A stretch of 36,249 bases of DNA from a virus (lineage: Duplodnaviria > Caudoviricetes): IMG/VR virus record IMGVR_UViG_3300037483_000722, positions 1-36,249 of that record; one strand, written 5' to 3'. Under the pieces are notes generated by a model. That model saw only the letters and a program-made list of their open reading frames with translations, was not told the DNA's origin and did no database searches. The position numbers were made by a program, and so were the translations under genes. Shown here one piece after another: positions 34,609 to 36,249 of the stretch (positions are counted from its first letter, which is position 1; each line of letters starts with the position of its first letter).

Positions 34609-34968
34609 TTATTCCCCCTCTCCCGTCATTTCTCCCCAAACCGCGTCATCAAGAAACTCTTCACGCCAGCTCATCTCCGCATCCCGGATCGCATCCCAGA
34701 TCGTTTTGTACTCGGTCGGGGTGACTCCGCCAGGTATTACCGAGATGAGGTGCTTTGCAAACTCACCGGCTACGCGGTCAGGGCAGACATCAACAGCATA
34801 CTCCATTGGCTGGTCGATACCCTTGCGAGGGACGAAGTTGAGAATTTCAAGGGTAACTGGCACATCTTTCAAGCACGGAAAATCTTTTTTCAGTGCGGCT
34901 AACACGTTTTCGTCGAGGTCACATGAGTCTTCAATAATCGCCAGCAAATCAAGGTGATGTGTTATCAT
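34609..34968 (-). CDS. hypothetical protein
   Basis: ATG at 34968 after AAAGGA; acidic, protein-like. Confidence 0.65.
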   Translation of the reverse strand: MITHHLDLLAIIEDSCDLDENVLAALKKDFPCLKDVPVTLEILNFVPRKGIDQPMEYAVDVCPDRVAGEFAKHLISVIPGGVTPTEYKTIWDAIRDAEMSWREEFLDDAVWGEMTGEGE

Positions 34969-35182
34969 GATCAATATCCTTTCAGTCCGTACTCGACAAA
35001 GACGTACAAGACCAAACCAAGGAGAGAAGCGCAAAATAATAAGCCGACAAATTCGAGTGCAAGTTGTTTTAGGTTCATGTCAAATCCCTTCGGTTTTCTG
35101 GTAGAGTTCGTCCAGGGAGGTCGCCTCAGCATATTCCATCCGCCCGGCGTAACAGTTCTTGAGGCAATTCCAAAATACGTCT

Positions 35183-36249
35183 TCAGGTCACACGGTTATC
35201 CTCCCAGAAATTAGCACATTTCAGGATGCGCCCCATCACATTCAGCTCTGCTATGCTCATCTTCGATTTAAATTTTCTGTGATAGTCGGTGAGCATCTTG
35301 AGCGGGTTCTCAACTGGGCATTCAATTTTGGACTGCTCTTTTGCATCTATGTATCCTTGTGACGTCCTGACGACAGCCGCGAAATTTTCTGGCACCAAAA
35401 TGAATTTTGTTTTCGGCAAAATCCTTTTCAATTGATCGATTTCAGCTTGACTGGAAACGGGAAGTGCGAGCGCTCCGTACGCCCGTTGGAAGTGCGCATA
35501 CGCCTCTTCTGCCAGCTCTGAGGATCCCCACACGTGATGCTGCGCGTAGTCTACGTCAGGCACACCATCTGACAGAAGTTTAATGAGGAGACCTCGGTTG
35601 GTTTTTGATAAAGACATCCACATACGACTAGTCAGCCATTGCAAATCAAAAGACCGCACCATCGATCGATCTCGATCCAGGTTTATTTCTGCCGGATCGA
35701 GGTTGTACCCATAATGGAGCGTGGAATCAGAAACGAATAACCCGCCAACAAATATTTTCCCTTTATGGCGCTGATCTGTCAAAATGAAGGATTTGCCAGT
35801 GACTTTGAGTTGCCGATAATTTTCCTGTAGGCAAAGTGTGTCACCAACAATATCTACCCAAACGCCATCCGAAATCCGGCTTATGACGAATGTCAGGGAG
35901 CAGTTGTCGTTGTGTTGCTTTACTACATCGATTGACAGCAGCTCACAGTCGTAAATTCTGCTTTTCTTAATTCGCGGCAACCACAACTCATGCAGCCCGT
36001 TCTTGATTGCGACAGCACATCCTTCCCGGAGAAGGGTCAGCAACGCCAGCTTGTAGCCTTCGCCGAACTGCCCGATTGCGCCGTCTCCAATCGATTTTGT
36101 GCCCTCCCCGAGAAGGAGCGTCTTTTTTTGAAGTGTCACACCACGCGAGCTTATAATTATGTCACCGTCGGCACGCTCAATAGAATAATCTCCGTGGTCA
36201 ATTGCATTCTGGAAGATTTCCCGCATCGCTTGCCGAATGCCCCACCCCT
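35183..36249 (-). CDS. GHKL (HATPase_c)-type ATP-binding protein, start outside the window
   Basis: WGIRQAMREIFQNAID, LLLGEGTK, IGQFGEGYKLA, L.RDR; the frame stays open to the window edge. Confidence 0.85.
   Translation of the reverse strand, partial: GWGIRQAMREIFQNAIDHGDYSIERADGDIIISSRGVTLQKKTLLLGEGTKSIGDGAIGQFGEGYKLALLTLLREGCAVAIKNGLHELWLPRIKKSRIYDCELLSIDVVKQHNDNCSLTFVISRISDGVWVDIVGDTLCLQENYRQLKVTGKSFILTDQRHKGKIFVGGLFVSDSTLHYGYNLDPAEINLDRDRSMVRSFDLQWLTSRMWMSLSKTNRGLLIKLLSDGVPDVDYAQHHVWGSSELAEEAYAHFQRAYGALALPVSSQAEIDQLKRILPKTKFILVPENFAAVVRTSQGYIDAKEQSKIECPVENPLKMLTDYHRKFKSKMSIAELNVMGRILKCANFWEDNRVT

Noticed and set aside
1-36249. Integrase, repressor, attachment sites, tRNA genes, host assignment
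   Set aside because: None were recognisable, so lifestyle and host cannot be determined from this window.

Overview
This window is most of a contractile-tailed dsDNA phage or prophage genome. The structural module follows the Bcep781/OP2-type gene set: DUF1073 portal, SPP1-gp7/MuF, DUF2213, DUF2184 capsid, DUF4054, DUF3383 sheath, DUF3277 tube, Gp138 spike, baseplate J and DUF2612. The left end has minus-strand early genes (partial thyX, DUF932), a divergent RepB-type primase plus SF3-like helicase pair, and a palindromic origin-like region. Then come terminase, head, tail, baseplate and lysis genes on the plus strand, a terminator, and a convergent minus-strand cluster of small ORFs. No integrase, tRNA, CRISPR array or reverse transcriptase is visible. 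Three signals stand out. (1) An array of integron attC-like hairpin sites (about 32.8-34.4 kb) separates the small early ORFs, which run antisense to canonical attC polarity and reuse the site boxes as RBS, start and stop codons. (2) Four otherwise unrelated small ORFs scattered through the morphogenesis operon share the peptide (F/Y)-x-(N/D)-G-R-Q-R-A-M-N-x-I, suggesting a capsid-loading tag for internal cargo. (3) A 35-bp inverted repeat downstream of the portal is antisense to the initiation region of an unannotated TraR/DksA-like gene. All family names come from motif recognition and gene order, not database searches.
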